Assembly (NCBI GenBank): GCA_963663385.2
Contig: CAXXXD010000003.1
Location: 768,001-832,000, forward strand
Direction of reading: 5' to 3'
DNA length: 64,000 nucleotides
Source: Oceanispirochaeta sp.
GTDB lineage: Bacteria > Spirochaetota > Spirochaetia > DSM-2461
Made by a program: the position numbers and the translations under genes. The notes below the pieces were generated by a model that worked only from the letters and a program-made list of their open reading frames with translations, did no database searches and was not told where the DNA came from. Positions 29,848 through 40,347 of this stretch are shown here, one piece after another. How positions within the stretch are numbered: the stretch's first letter is position 1; every line of letters begins with the position of its first letter.

Positions 29848-31314
29848 ATGACGATTCTGTATATTCAGTTTGCTTTTTACCTCGTAATGATGCTGGCCAT
29901 CGGTTACATCTCTATGAAGCGGACTAAAACAAACGAAGATTTTATTATTGGAGGGAGGACCATCGGTCCCGTTACATCGGCTATTTCGGCGGGTGCTTCG
30001 GATATGTCCAGCTGGCTGCTCCTGGGGGTTCCCGGTGCTGTTTTTGCGGGAGGACTGTCGGAAGGTGTCTGGATCTGTCTGGGACTGCTTATCGGCGCGT
30101 ATTTCAACTGGCTGATTGTAGCCGGTCGCCTGCGTGTCATGACAGAAAAACTGAATGCCGTAACCCTGCCTTCCTTTATTGCCAAACGGTTTGATGACAA
30201 TACGCATATTCTGAAGTTGGTTTCCACCCTGGTAATCCTCTTTTTCTTTACCCTCTATGTAGCATCCGGTCTGAAGGGGGGGACACTGCTTTTCTCCCAC
30301 ACTTTCGGTGCCAGTGAAATGACCGCTCTGGCTGTTACCACTCTGGTTGTAGTGTCCTACACCTTTCTGGGCGGGTATGTAGCTGTCTGCTGGACAGACC
30401 TGATTCAGGGGATCCTGATGCTGGCGGCACTGACGTTCTGCGCTCTAATCGGCTTTTTCGCTATTGTCGGTACGGGTACGGATATTTCTGCGGCCAATCC
30501 TGCTGCTTTTAAAATATCCCTCAACTGGATTACGGGTATTTCCCTGATGGCCTGGGGGTTCGGGTATTTCGGTCAGCCCCATATCCTGGCCCGTTTTATC
30601 GGAATTGATGATGTAAAATCCGTAAAGAACGCCCGTCGTATCGGAATTTCCTGGATGGCCATCTGTCAGGGACTTGCAATTGCCATAGGTATTATCGGAA
30701 TCGGATATACCGCAATCAATCCTCTGCCCGGTGTGGCCGGACCTGACGGAAACAGTGAAAAAATCTTTCTGGCCATGACCAGCGCCCTTTTTCATCCTGT
30801 ATTCGGCGGTCTGGTTCTTGCAGCCGTATTGGCCGCCGTCATGTCTACCGCGGACTCACAGCTGCTGGTACTGACCTCATCCCTCACGGCTGATATTCCC
30901 GGAATAGCCAAAATGGATGATAAGAAAAAAGAGATGATCAGCCGGATTGGTGTTGCAGCTTTTGCCCTGCTGGCTTTTATCATTTCAGCCACTGATAAAG
31001 GGTCCATTCTGAATATGGTCGGGTATGCCTGGGGCGGTTTCGGCGCAGCCTTCGGTCCGCTTATGATCCTTTCTCTCTGCTGGAAAGGTACAACCAAATG
31101 GGGAGCTCTCGCCGGTATGGTTGTCGGATCCGTGACGATATTTGCCGTTAAAAACTATGTCAGTATGGAAGGGGTGTATATATACGAACTTCTGCCAGGA
31201 TTTATCCTGGCATTTATTACCATTGTTGTTGTCAGTCTGTTTACCCGGAAACCCTCTGAAGAAATTCTGAAGGCGTTTGATGAGACCCGGGAAATTGTTA
31301 AATCAGTTTCGTGA
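29848..31314 (+). CDS. putP: Sodium/proline symporter
   Basis: SAGASDMSSWLLLG.PG, GYFGQPHILARF, AAVMSTADSQLL, YAWGGFGAAFGP, YELLPGF. Confidence 0.9.
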   Translation: MTILYIQFAFYLVMMLAIGYISMKRTKTNEDFIIGGRTIGPVTSAISAGASDMSSWLLLGVPGAVFAGGLSEGVWICLGLLIGAYFNWLIVAGRLRVMTEKLNAVTLPSFIAKRFDDNTHILKLVSTLVILFFFTLYVASGLKGGTLLFSHTFGASEMTALAVTTLVVVSYTFLGGYVAVCWTDLIQGILMLAALTFCALIGFFAIVGTGTDISAANPAAFKISLNWITGISLMAWGFGYFGQPHILARFIGIDDVKSVKNARRIGISWMAICQGLAIAIGIIGIGYTAINPLPGVAGPDGNSEKIFLAMTSALFHPVFGGLVLAAVLAAVMSTADSQLLVLTSSLTADIPGIAKMDDKKKEMISRIGVAAFALLAFIISATDKGSILNMVGYAWGGFGAAFGPLMILSLCWKGTTKWGALAGMVVGSVTIFAVKNYVSMEGVYIYELLPGFILAFITIVVVSLFTRKPSEEILKAFDETREIVKSVS

Positions 31315-31331
31315 TAAGAGGATAGTCTGAT

Positions 31332-31369
31332 AAAAAAGGGAACCTGCAATAAAAGGGTTCCCTTTTTTT
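31332..31369. terminator. Bidirectional intrinsic terminator
   Basis: AAAAAAGGGAACC...GGTTCCCTTTTTTT between convergent genes. Confidence 0.85.
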
Positions 31370-31402
31370 ATATCTGATTCCAGAGAGTGCAGCCAAAGAG
31401 CT

Positions 31403-32641
31403 TCAGTATCTGATGCTGTTTGCAGCAGAATACATCGCCACGATATTCTCCGGCCTGATACCCGATACGATGTTATGTACCTGATTGAATACGAAGCCTC
31501 CGTTTTTCATTAGGATTTCGCAGTTCTTCCGGATCTCATCCTCCACTTCCTGCGGGCTTGCATTGGGCAGCACATGCTGAGTGTCTATGCCGCCTCCCCA
31601 GAATACCAGATCTTTCCCGTATTCATTTTTCAGAAAAAACGGATCCATTCCTTCCGCACCTATCTGAACAGGGTTCAGTATATCAACCCCCGCTTCGATC
31701 AGATCGGGGATGAGAGGGGATATGGCACCGCAGCTATGGAGGAATACCTTGGCATTTGAATTGGCATGAATAAAATCAAACATTTTTTTGTGGTTTCTGA
31801 AAAAGAACTTAACGTACAGTTCGGGACTGATCATAAGTGAGGACTGGGTTCCCAGATCATCTCCCAGCTGGATAATATCAATGGAATCACCCAGAACAGG
31901 AAGTATCTTTCCAAGGTTTTCAAGGTGTATTTCCGTAATTCTGTCAAGTAAATCCTCCATCTCCTTCTCATTGATCATCAGATTTACCAGAAAATCATCT
32001 GTTCCGTAGAGAAACTGGCCCATTTCAAACAGATTCCCCCCAAAACCCAGCATGATTGCTTTATCCGATGCAGCCCTGGCTTTTGCAGCTTCCGTATTTA
32101 AAAAGGAGAGAAAATCCTTCTGTTCCGCATAACGCCAAAGGGGATCGGTAAAGGCAGACCACATGGACCGGCTTATTTCTGCAGGCAGATCTATCGAGGA
32201 GTTGTACTCCTTTCCCCTTAGGGGATAGAGGGACTGACTGAAATAGGTGGTTGAGTCAGTCATACGGGCAATTTCCTCATTCTGATCGGAATAGCTCACC
32301 CATCCTCCGTCCTGAAACTCCAGGGGGATCCATTTGGGGCGCATGGCGGGAGAGCCGTCCGGCAGTTGCCATGGGATCCAGTCTTCCATATTCTGCGCGA
32401 AATGTCTGGCCAGATCCATTGTGTCAATCTGAAATCTCTCATTAAACCACTCTTCGGGAATAGCCAGCTGCTGCGCCATATCGTACATAAGGGTCTGACC
32501 GCTCTGGATTCCAAGGTATCTTTTGAGACTATTATATGCTTCGCCCATGATCCCAGTAGAGCGCATTGCTCCGCAGTCGATGGGCAGTTTATCCGGTTCC
32601 TTATGATTGATCGCTTTCAATACTCGTTCTCTGCTGTTCAT
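31403..32641 (-). CDS. Uroporphyrinogen decarboxylase-family protein (MtaA/CmuA methyltransferase-like)
   Basis: MNSRERV...EPD, GDDLGTQ, FLHSCG, LNPVQ, FWGGGIDTQ, NQVHNI. Confidence 0.85.
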   Translation of the reverse strand: MNSRERVLKAINHKEPDKLPIDCGAMRSTGIMGEAYNSLKRYLGIQSGQTLMYDMAQQLAIPEEWFNERFQIDTMDLARHFAQNMEDWIPWQLPDGSPAMRPKWIPLEFQDGGWVSYSDQNEEIARMTDSTTYFSQSLYPLRGKEYNSSIDLPAEISRSMWSAFTDPLWRYAEQKDFLSFLNTEAAKARAASDKAIMLGFGGNLFEMGQFLYGTDDFLVNLMINEKEMEDLLDRITEIHLENLGKILPVLGDSIDIIQLGDDLGTQSSLMISPELYVKFFFRNHKKMFDFIHANSNAKVFLHSCGAISPLIPDLIEAGVDILNPVQIGAEGMDPFFLKNEYGKDLVFWGGGIDTQHVLPNASPQEVEDEIRKNCEILMKNGGFVFNQVHNIVSGIRPENIVAMYSAANSIRY

Positions 32642-32657
32642 TTCTTTTTTATCCTTA

Positions 32658-33494
32658 TTATTTGAGTGCTGATGAATTCGATATTCCCGCAATAAAATAT
32701 TTCTGAAGAGCTATGAAAATAATTAATGTGGGAATAGAAGTCAGGATCACCCCGGTCATCTGGAGCGTAAGGGGGCTGCCGCCTATGCCTGACATGGTGG
32801 CCAGAGCAACCATAATGGGTCTAACATCTTCGGATCGGCTCAGGATCATACCGAAAAGCAGATCATTCCAGATCCAGCTCATCTGAAAAAGGGCGACCAC
32901 TGCTGTGGGAGCACCAGCCTGGGGGATGAATATGGCGTAATAGGCTTTAGTCGGCGTACATCCGTCTATGCGGGCTGCATCCTCTATTGCCTTGGGGATC
33001 GTAACAAAAAAACCTTTATAGACAAACAGGGCAAAGGGTATTGTGATAGCCGTATAGATCAGTATCATTCCCGCTCTTGTATTATATAGACCGATAGTAT
33101 TGTACATCTTATAGAGAGGGATCAGATACATCTGAAAGGGGAATACTGTTCCGCTGTAGATAAGGAGAAACAGCCAGAAATTCCCTTTCGGTTTTAAACG
33201 GACAATACTGTAGGCCGCCATAGAAGAGGCGATGATGCAGAACAGACCACCCAGGCTCATATAGCAGAGGGATGAGGCAAAGTGGTGGTTCAGGCGGTAC
33301 TGATCCATTACCACTGTGAGGTTGTCGAAAAAGGCAAAGTGTGTCGGGAGCTGATAAAAATGTTGATTGGCATAATCATTCATGTCCTTGAAGGCTGTCA
33401 GAAAGGTGAAAAACAAGGGGGTAAGCCAAATGAGAGCCAGCGATATCAGGACAAAATAGGTAAATATTTTCAATGATTTGTTTGTTGTTGTCAT
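32658..33494 (-). CDS. Carbohydrate ABC permease (MalG-like)
   Basis: EDAARIDGC EAA loop, WNDL, LQKYFIAG. Confidence 0.9.
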   Translation of the reverse strand: MTTTNKSLKIFTYFVLISLALIWLTPLFFTFLTAFKDMNDYANQHFYQLPTHFAFFDNLTVVMDQYRLNHHFASSLCYMSLGGLFCIIASSMAAYSIVRLKPKGNFWLFLLIYSGTVFPFQMYLIPLYKMYNTIGLYNTRAGMILIYTAITIPFALFVYKGFFVTIPKAIEDAARIDGCTPTKAYYAIFIPQAGAPTAVVALFQMSWIWNDLLFGMILSRSEDVRPIMVALATMSGIGGSPLTLQMTGVILTSIPTLIIFIALQKYFIAGISNSSALK

Positions 33495-33504
33495 CGTTTT
33501 CTCT

Positions 33505-34386
33505 CTAATAATGCAAAGTATCTTTGCCGGTTTGTTTCTTTACATATGAGCCTGAAATCAGGATGATTATAGCGGACAGGATAACCGCAATGGCGGCACC
33601 GTAACCCATTCTGAACATGGTGAAGCTCTCTCTGTACATAGTTACTGCCAGGGTCTCGGAAGATCTGTAGGGGCCGCCGCGGGTAATTACATAGATAATG
33701 TCAAAGGTTTTAAAGGAGTTAACCATCGCCTGTCCGATTACGACTGTCGTGATGGGGCTCAGCATGGGAACGGTTACATAGCGGAAGGTCTGCCAGGGGG
33801 TGGCACCGTCAATAATGGACGCTTCAATGGGGTCGGAGGGAATCGTTGTCAATCCCATGAGGAAAAGGACCATATTGCTCCCGGTCTGCTGCCAGGTCCA
33901 GGCTATAATCATGGATATTGTATTAAGAGGGACTTGAGTCAGCCATTGAATTTTTCCTCTGTCTCCAAACAGGAGTGAACCGAAACCATTAAGAATCCCT
34001 GAATTTGTAGTGAACATATTGATCCAGATGATTCCCGTAGATACAAATGAAATGGCAAGAGGAAAAAATATTATGGATTTGAATATATTTTCACCTTTTA
34101 TCCCCCGGATAAATATGGCGATAATCAATCCACCGAAAACCGGTAAAAAGAGTGTCGACAGAACCCAGATGACTGTGTTTCCGAAAGATCTTAGAAAATT
34201 GGTATCCCTGAAACATCCCAGGTAGTTCTTTACACCTGTAAACTCCGGTTTTCCTATCATGTCCCATTTGAAAAAACTGTAGTAAAGGTTCTGCAGCATG
34301 GGAAGGAGCAGTAGAATGGATACCAACAGCAGGGCAGGTAAAATAAATAAATAGGCGGATAGGGTGTATAGGTTTTTTTCTTTCAT
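33505..34386 (-). CDS. Carbohydrate ABC permease (MalF-like)
   Basis: EASIIDGA, FKTFD, TRGGP. Confidence 0.9.
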   Translation of the reverse strand: MKEKNLYTLSAYLFILPALLLVSILLLLPMLQNLYYSFFKWDMIGKPEFTGVKNYLGCFRDTNFLRSFGNTVIWVLSTLFLPVFGGLIIAIFIRGIKGENIFKSIIFFPLAISFVSTGIIWINMFTTNSGILNGFGSLLFGDRGKIQWLTQVPLNTISMIIAWTWQQTGSNMVLFLMGLTTIPSDPIEASIIDGATPWQTFRYVTVPMLSPITTVVIGQAMVNSFKTFDIIYVITRGGPYRSSETLAVTMYRESFTMFRMGYGAAIAVILSAIIILISGSYVKKQTGKDTLHY

Positions 34387-34421
34387 TTTTAATCCGTTAT
34401 TTTTGATTCATGAAAAACGAT

Positions 34422-34455
34422 GAGTATGGCCTGAACTGAACTTCCGGCCATACTC
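34422..34455 (-). terminator. Intercistronic hairpin after the SBP gene
   Basis: GAGTATGGCC...GGCCATACTC. Confidence 0.55.
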
Positions 34456-34466
34456 TATCTCTTTTG

Positions 34467-35747
34467 TTACTTGGAAGCCCAGTAGGCGTCAGCCACCCTG
34501 TCAAGCTCTTTCAGAACATCATCCAGAAAGTCCGGGTTCAGAACAAACTTGGCAAACTGGTCCACAGCAACTTCGCAGATGGGTGTGGGGGTCGCTTCCC
34601 AGTATCTGTTCAGTACCCTGTACCCTCCATTGTTAATGGTATCGGCAATTTCCACTTTTACCGTTGACAGATGACTGATATCGGATCTGGGGTTGGCCGG
34701 ATAGGTATTCAGAAGTTTGGCGAATGCTCCATTACCCTCGGGAGACATCCAGTAATCTACCGCATCATTGATTGCTTCAGGATTCTGCGCCTTTTTGCTG
34801 GTCAGGATGGGGGTAATCTCCAATATGACATTTTTCCCTGCTGTTCCGTTATGGGAAGGCAGGATAAATGCACCGACATTTTCCTCGGGAACGCCGTTGG
34901 CTGTCAGAGTGGAATTTAGATACCAGGTTCCCATAAGAACCATACCGACTTTCTTCTGATTGAAATCTCTCGCTCCTCCGGCCCATACATCTGTTCCGGG
35001 ATCGGTAAAATAGCCTTTTCCGATCATATCAGCCCATACCTCAAATGCTCCCCGTACTCCGGGATCGGAGTATTTGGCCCGTCCTTCGCAGAGGTCAATA
35101 TAGAGATCAGGATCCTGACCGATAATCATTTCTTCAAACATGATAAATGTGGGCCATCGTCCTTCTACGGTAGACATAAAAGGTGTAATCCCGTTTGCCA
35201 GCATGGTGTCGCAGATAGTGATCAGTTCTTCCCATGTTTCCGGAGGGGTCAGGTTCAATTCGGAAAAAACCTCCTTATTATACCATACAGGCCAGTATTC
35301 AACACTGATCGGGAAACCATGTACTGCGTTGTTGAAAGTAAAGGCTGCTCTCAGATCGGAGGAATACTCGTTTTTATGTTTATCCCAGGTGGATGATAAA
35401 TCGCCCAGAACGCCCTGATTGGCCATCTCTTCCATTCTGTAGGTAGACCACCAGGTAAACATACCCGGGGCATCTTTAGTGATCATGGATGACCTGACCT
35501 GAGCCATATAAACATCCGTTGAGGGATATGAGGTAGGAACCAGTTTGTGACCTGTCGCTTCCCTGATATTCAGGCTCATGTCCTCGAAGAAGGGCTGCCA
35601 GTTGGGAGAGCCTGCTTTATCGTGCATTAGGGTAATTTCCGATTCGGCAGATGCTGCGGTGCCGGTGGACGAATCCTGTTGACCACCGGAAAACAGCAGA
35701 GTTCCAGCTAGTAAAAATAGTACGGTTGATACGATTTTTTTAAACAT
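34467..35747 (-). CDS. Carbohydrate ABC substrate-binding protein
   Basis: Signal peptide; WYNKEVF...PETWEEL; MGTW. Confidence 0.88.
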   Translation of the reverse strand: MFKKIVSTVLFLLAGTLLFSGGQQDSSTGTAASAESEITLMHDKAGSPNWQPFFEDMSLNIREATGHKLVPTSYPSTDVYMAQVRSSMITKDAPGMFTWWSTYRMEEMANQGVLGDLSSTWDKHKNEYSSDLRAAFTFNNAVHGFPISVEYWPVWYNKEVFSELNLTPPETWEELITICDTMLANGITPFMSTVEGRWPTFIMFEEMIIGQDPDLYIDLCEGRAKYSDPGVRGAFEVWADMIGKGYFTDPGTDVWAGGARDFNQKKVGMVLMGTWYLNSTLTANGVPEENVGAFILPSHNGTAGKNVILEITPILTSKKAQNPEAINDAVDYWMSPEGNGAFAKLLNTYPANPRSDISHLSTVKVEIADTINNGGYRVLNRYWEATPTPICEVAVDQFAKFVLNPDFLDDVLKELDRVADAYWASK

Positions 35748-36009
35748 ATACAACACTCCTTTTTGTAAAAAACTATGTATTTTGTTTTAATATTATCATA
35801 TTAAATTTAATGGTCAATAGTTAAGTTAAGTTAATAAAGGATAAGAAATGTAAGATAATTAACTAATAATCTTAATGTGTATTTTTTTAATTTGTTTTAT
35901 ATAAAGTAAATGATGTAATTATCTGAAGACGGGTAAAAAAGGTTGACTTAATGAATTGAAGGATGTAAGAATAGTTGATAGTTAATATGAGGTTAATAAG
36001 GAGGTTCTG

Positions 36010-37035
36010 TTGGCCCGTGTACGACTGAGAGATATTGCCGAAAGAGTGGGTGTTTCAGAAGCGACTGTTTCCATGGCATTATCGGGAAAAGGGAATATTT
36101 CGGATGCATTGAGAGACCAGATACTCAGAATTGCCGGGGATATGGGATACACCAGACGGGTTTCATCCGGCAGGGGATACTCCAAATCAAAGTGCCTGGC
36201 AATTCTTTCCTATGTGAATCCCTCCTGGGCGTATCTCGGGAAATTTGTGGCTCCCATTTATGCTCAGATTGAGTCTGCCGCCCTTAAAAACGGCTTCTAT
36301 CCCATCATATTGCCTATAACAGATTTCACTACCGAAAAGGATTTGAAAGAGACCATTGTTCAGTCACAGGCCATGGGAATAATCTCAATTCACGCCAGTT
36401 ATGAGAATTTTTTTCAGCAGATGTGTCAGATGGGACTGCCTGTTATCGTGGTGAATAACAGTTCCTGCCAGAATAAATTTCACAGCATATGTGTGGATGA
36501 TTATCAGGGGGCCAGCGATGCGACTCAGTATCTGGTTTCTCTGGGGCACAAAAATATCCTGTATATGGACTACTGGCGGCAGGACCAGCCCGCTGTCGTC
36601 ATGGATCGTTTCTTCGGGTTCAAGCGTTCTCTGGACGAATATGGTGTTTCCTTTCCGGACAGTAAGCGTATCACTACGGATATAGACGAAACTGCGGAAC
36701 TGAGATCCAGTATTAAAAGCGCTCTTAAACAATTTCCGGGTACAACGGCTATTTTTGCGCATGATGACCGCCTTGCCATAAGGATCTACTCTATCCTTGA
36801 GAAGGAAGGGCTCTCTGTACCAAAGGATATTTCCCTGATAGCTCCGGGAGATACTCTGGATTACAGTCTGCCCTATATCCCTCCTCTTACAACTATGCGA
36901 ATCGATACAAATCTGCTGGGAGCTCTTGCTGCCGACCAGATCTTCAAGCATATTCAGAATCCTCCGGATGAACTGGTGTCTCTGAAAGTCGCTCAGCAGC
37001 TTGTTGACAGGGGGTCCTGCCGGGCGCTGCGCTAG
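36010..37035 (+). CDS. LacI-family regulator
   Basis: LRDIAERVGVSEATVSMAL, LGHKNI, VPKDISL, PPLTT. Confidence 0.92.
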   Translation: MARVRLRDIAERVGVSEATVSMALSGKGNISDALRDQILRIAGDMGYTRRVSSGRGYSKSKCLAILSYVNPSWAYLGKFVAPIYAQIESAALKNGFYPIILPITDFTTEKDLKETIVQSQAMGIISIHASYENFFQQMCQMGLPVIVVNNSSCQNKFHSICVDDYQGASDATQYLVSLGHKNILYMDYWRQDQPAVVMDRFFGFKRSLDEYGVSFPDSKRITTDIDETAELRSSIKSALKQFPGTTAIFAHDDRLAIRIYSILEKEGLSVPKDISLIAPGDTLDYSLPYIPPLTTMRIDTNLLGALAADQIFKHIQNPPDELVSLKVAQQLVDRGSCRALR

Positions 37036-38231
37036 GGGGTATCGGTTGGAAAAATACCATCCAGCAGAGATATCAGTTCCGTTTCCTCTTCAAGAGACCG
37101 GATCATCCTGCGCCAGGTCTGTACATATTCGTAGTATTTTTCCGGCCTTTCCGCCCTCTCTTTTCCAAGGCTTATAACATCCTCGGGAGAAAGGTAATAC
37201 TCTTCGTTTCCGGTAAGTTCTCTTTCATTCAGAGAGATCAGGGCCTCTTCTTCCAGGTTGTCCTTCAGAAAGTTCCCGGGATAGGCGCCCAGATCTTCCG
37301 CCGCTACCGGTGAGACAGCATCAGACCTCCGGGACCAGCGGATTTTTTCTCTTTCGTAGATGAAGCGGATAACATCTTCCTGAAGTTTTGCATTGTTGCG
37401 GCAGGGAGGTGGAAAGTGATCAATTCTAAGCTCCTTATCCATCATCCAGGTGTATCCCAGCATCATGGAATTGATCATATAGTCTATATCTTCCCCTCTT
37501 GTCACAGCCGGATCAAAGGGAACGTTCCGGAAGAGCTCGGGAGTAAAAACCATATTTCCCCCCAGGGTAATGGTCGTAGGTACAAGGCGTCCGGGGGTTA
37601 AATCGAAAAGTTTGTAGGAATCATTCTGAAAAACCTGTTTCCGGGGGAACAGCCTGTCCGATTCTCTGTCTTTTTCATTTTCACGGACATAAAAACTGCC
37701 CCATTCATAGAAATACCTTCCCGCTACACCGTCAACACGGACTCCCCCGTATCGGGTTCCGGCAAAATCACCCGTTTTATCGGCAAAATCCGGATAGACC
37801 AACTCGTCATCGTCTATGGCGGCAATCCGTGAAGCCCCGAGCAGGGCCGGTATCAGAAGCTGGCAGTTCCGGATGGCCGAATAACCTTTCAGACTTATAC
37901 TCTCTTCCTCAATACCTTTTTCTTTCAGAATCCGCCGGATGTGTTTCAGATTACTATAGGAAAACTGTCCTATATCCAATCTGTTTCTGAAGGGCATAAG
38001 AAGTTCTTCAACTTTTTTTTCAGCTTTTTCCTGCAGTTCGGGATGAACCGCAGCGGTAATGACCAGTACACGAAAGGGAGAAGCCGAGGATATACGGCAC
38101 AGGCTGTCCAGTGTGTTAGTCAAAGTATCCTTTCCATCCAGAGGGGTGGGATGATCAAAAATCAAATCATCCTTGCGAGGCTTTCTGCCTGATGAACCGG
38201 TCCAGTAGGTTGGTATTACGATGTACAGCAT
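37032..38231 (-). CDS. GT-A fold (GT2-like) glycosyltransferase of unknown specificity
   Basis: IVIPTY, GYSAIRN, IDDDE (DxD), GGNM, RGEDID, H near the C-terminus. Confidence 0.7.
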   Translation of the reverse strand: MLYIVIPTYWTGSSGRKPRKDDLIFDHPTPLDGKDTLTNTLDSLCRISSASPFRVLVITAAVHPELQEKAEKKVEELLMPFRNRLDIGQFSYSNLKHIRRILKEKGIEEESISLKGYSAIRNCQLLIPALLGASRIAAIDDDELVYPDFADKTGDFAGTRYGGVRVDGVAGRYFYEWGSFYVRENEKDRESDRLFPRKQVFQNDSYKLFDLTPGRLVPTTITLGGNMVFTPELFRNVPFDPAVTRGEDIDYMINSMMLGYTWMMDKELRIDHFPPPCRNNAKLQEDVIRFIYEREKIRWSRRSDAVSPVAAEDLGAYPGNFLKDNLEEEALISLNERELTGNEEYYLSPEDVISLGKERAERPEKYYEYVQTWRRMIRSLEEETELISLLDGIFPTDTP

Positions 38232-38235
38232 TATT

Positions 38236-40347
38236 TTATTCCTTATATTTTCGTTTTTTTATGGTAAGCATAGCCGGAACCATACGGGGAATTCCCGGTG
38301 GATTCGAATCGGATGGAGCCGGGTAGGAGAGTATCTGCTTCTCCTTTCCGAGAATAGCCGTAAGTGAAGCGGACGCTCCGCCGTCCAGATTCAGCAGAAA
38401 CTCAAGCGGATCATCCCGGTTGTACTCCATTGCAAGAGAGGCGCACTCTTCAAAGCTTGCTCCCCGGGAGAGCCGGCTCCTTCCGGAGAAAACCGCCAGA
38501 AAAATATTTCCCGATTCTGTTCTGCCGATGACAGCCCGCGGCTGCCTTACCCCGGCTGTCAGATCTGTTTCCTGGGTTTCTCTGGAGGAAGGTAATGACC
38601 AACCCTCTTTGTCCAATGCCGAGGTGGCGGAGGCGGGTGTGGCGTAGAGGTTTTTTCCCTTTTCAATCAGCAGATTGAAACCTCCGTAGAGCCAGGCCCA
38701 GTTCTCCTGGGGAACCGGCGGGTTTTCCCATTCCATATGCCAGTTCACGGGGTATCCTCTTTCCGGAAGATTTTCCGATACTATGACAAGCCCGAACGGG
38801 GGGATCCCTACCGGACCTTTCTGAACAGAAATTACCGTATCCTGTATAACAAGAGCGCAGTCCCTGTTCTCTCCTGCTGCTTCAAAGGAGGAGGAGGGTA
38901 GATACACCGCTTCCGAAGGGTTTCCTTCCGGATTAATCTGCGGTCTTCGCCGGGATGTGTCCCGCTCTTCCTGATTCCATGACAGGGCGCGGATAGTATC
39001 ATGAAATCCATAAAGCCGTCCTTCTTTTGTCAGTCCCAGGAAGGCTTTATTATAGAGAGGGGGAGACTGGATGAATCTCCTATGCCTTTTTGAATAAAAC
39101 CCGAGAGAATCAATTAGAAAATTTTCCCAGTTTTCCAGTTTATTTCCTGTCTGTCTGTAACGGGCTTTCAGATTATTGGTAAAATAGTAGTTGAAGCTGC
39201 TTATAAAAAGCGGATCCTCCGATTCCAGTTCAAGGGGCGATGTCATCCTGTCCGGAATGTATGGAGCTATTTCCACCTGCTTTTCCGAAACGGACAGCAG
39301 GGAAGCATGTACGGCACCGGTTTCAGGGGAAGATGAGTGCTTCCATAACCCCTTGTACTTCCAGAATCCTTCAGAAAAAGTGACACCATTCTGTTTACCG
39401 GGATTTTTTATCCATACAGGACGTTCTGTCGGAGGTATGAATTCGGGTTCCACATGCCCCGAATCCCCGACTTCCGGGAAGTCGGATGCCGTGAAAAAAT
39501 AGAGACCGTAATCGGGCCTTTCAGGCCTAAGATTCAGCATTTCACCGTACTGAGAGACCTCCGGGTAACAAATTTCTCCCGATTTGTTGGAAGAACATTT
39601 CAGAAATGCTTTTATATACCACTCCCTGTTATCCGTAATCAGACAGAATTCCCTATCTGTTTCCAGGAGAGGGTATAAGAGCCAGGGATGGCAGCAGAGA
39701 ATGACCGCCCGGGAATCAAAAAGGTCCGGGATTTTCTCTATCCCCGAAAGATTTACCGGTTTTAAATCAAAAGGAGCCGTGGAGAGATCTGACGGCGCAG
39801 GCAGGTCAAGATCGGGGTTGTCGGAAACAAGGACTTCCCATTTCTTCCCCCGCCAGGGATACAGGTACCTATCCATATCCAGATTGACTTTTTTACTGCC
39901 TGAAGGGATAAATACAATTTTTTCCGCTTTCTCCATAAGATTCCTGAACCCTTCATCAGGAGCTTTCGAGATAATACTGTCCGATTTTAAAGCATTGGAT
40001 ACAAAAGAGGACCAGCCATGGTTCGGATACCCCGTACAGGATTGAGAATCCTGCAGTAATGGTTCCTCCCTGGGAATTTCCGGAAATATCCTCCGCCGGG
40101 CTTTTCGGAACAGCAGGAGGAAATCGAGAGGGGTCATGTTCTCCTTATCCGGATGAGACAGAAGGGTCAGAAGCACCTTCCTGTACTCATTCCATCGCCT
40201 GCCGGTCCTTAACTCGAGGGGACAGCGGGAATCCAGAAGGGTTTCTCTTTCGGGGTAATGATCAAGACGGATATCGTATTCGGCCGCGATCAGCCTGTTG
40301 TACCAGGATGTTCCAGCCAGATCTCCGTATACACAGGGGAGTCTCAC
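38236..40347 (-). CDS. Phosphodiester glycosidase (NAGPA-like) domain protein with an unrecognised N-terminal region
   Basis: C-terminal RQPRAVIG, SGRS..SRGASF, LNLDGGAS. Confidence 0.7.
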   Translation of the reverse strand: MRLPCVYGDLAGTSWYNRLIAAEYDIRLDHYPERETLLDSRCPLELRTGRRWNEYRKVLLTLLSHPDKENMTPLDFLLLFRKARRRIFPEIPREEPLLQDSQSCTGYPNHGWSSFVSNALKSDSIISKAPDEGFRNLMEKAEKIVFIPSGSKKVNLDMDRYLYPWRGKKWEVLVSDNPDLDLPAPSDLSTAPFDLKPVNLSGIEKIPDLFDSRAVILCCHPWLLYPLLETDREFCLITDNREWYIKAFLKCSSNKSGEICYPEVSQYGEMLNLRPERPDYGLYFFTASDFPEVGDSGHVEPEFIPPTERPVWIKNPGKQNGVTFSEGFWKYKGLWKHSSSPETGAVHASLLSVSEKQVEIAPYIPDRMTSPLELESEDPLFISSFNYYFTNNLKARYRQTGNKLENWENFLIDSLGFYSKRHRRFIQSPPLYNKAFLGLTKEGRLYGFHDTIRALSWNQEERDTSRRRPQINPEGNPSEAVYLPSSSFEAAGENRDCALVIQDTVISVQKGPVGIPPFGLVIVSENLPERGYPVNWHMEWENPPVPQENWAWLYGGFNLLIEKGKNLYATPASATSALDKEGWSLPSSRETQETDLTAGVRQPRAVIGRTESGNIFLAVFSGRSRLSRGASFEECASLAMEYNRDDPLEFLLNLDGGASASLTAILGKEKQILSYPAPSDSNPPGIPRMVPAMLTIKKRKYKE

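Noticed and set aside
35760..36000. AT-rich tract with GTTAAGTTAAGTTAA as a possible origin or repeat array
   Set aside because: Explained as the divergent LacI/SBP promoter region; no DnaA-box cluster or spacer structure seen.
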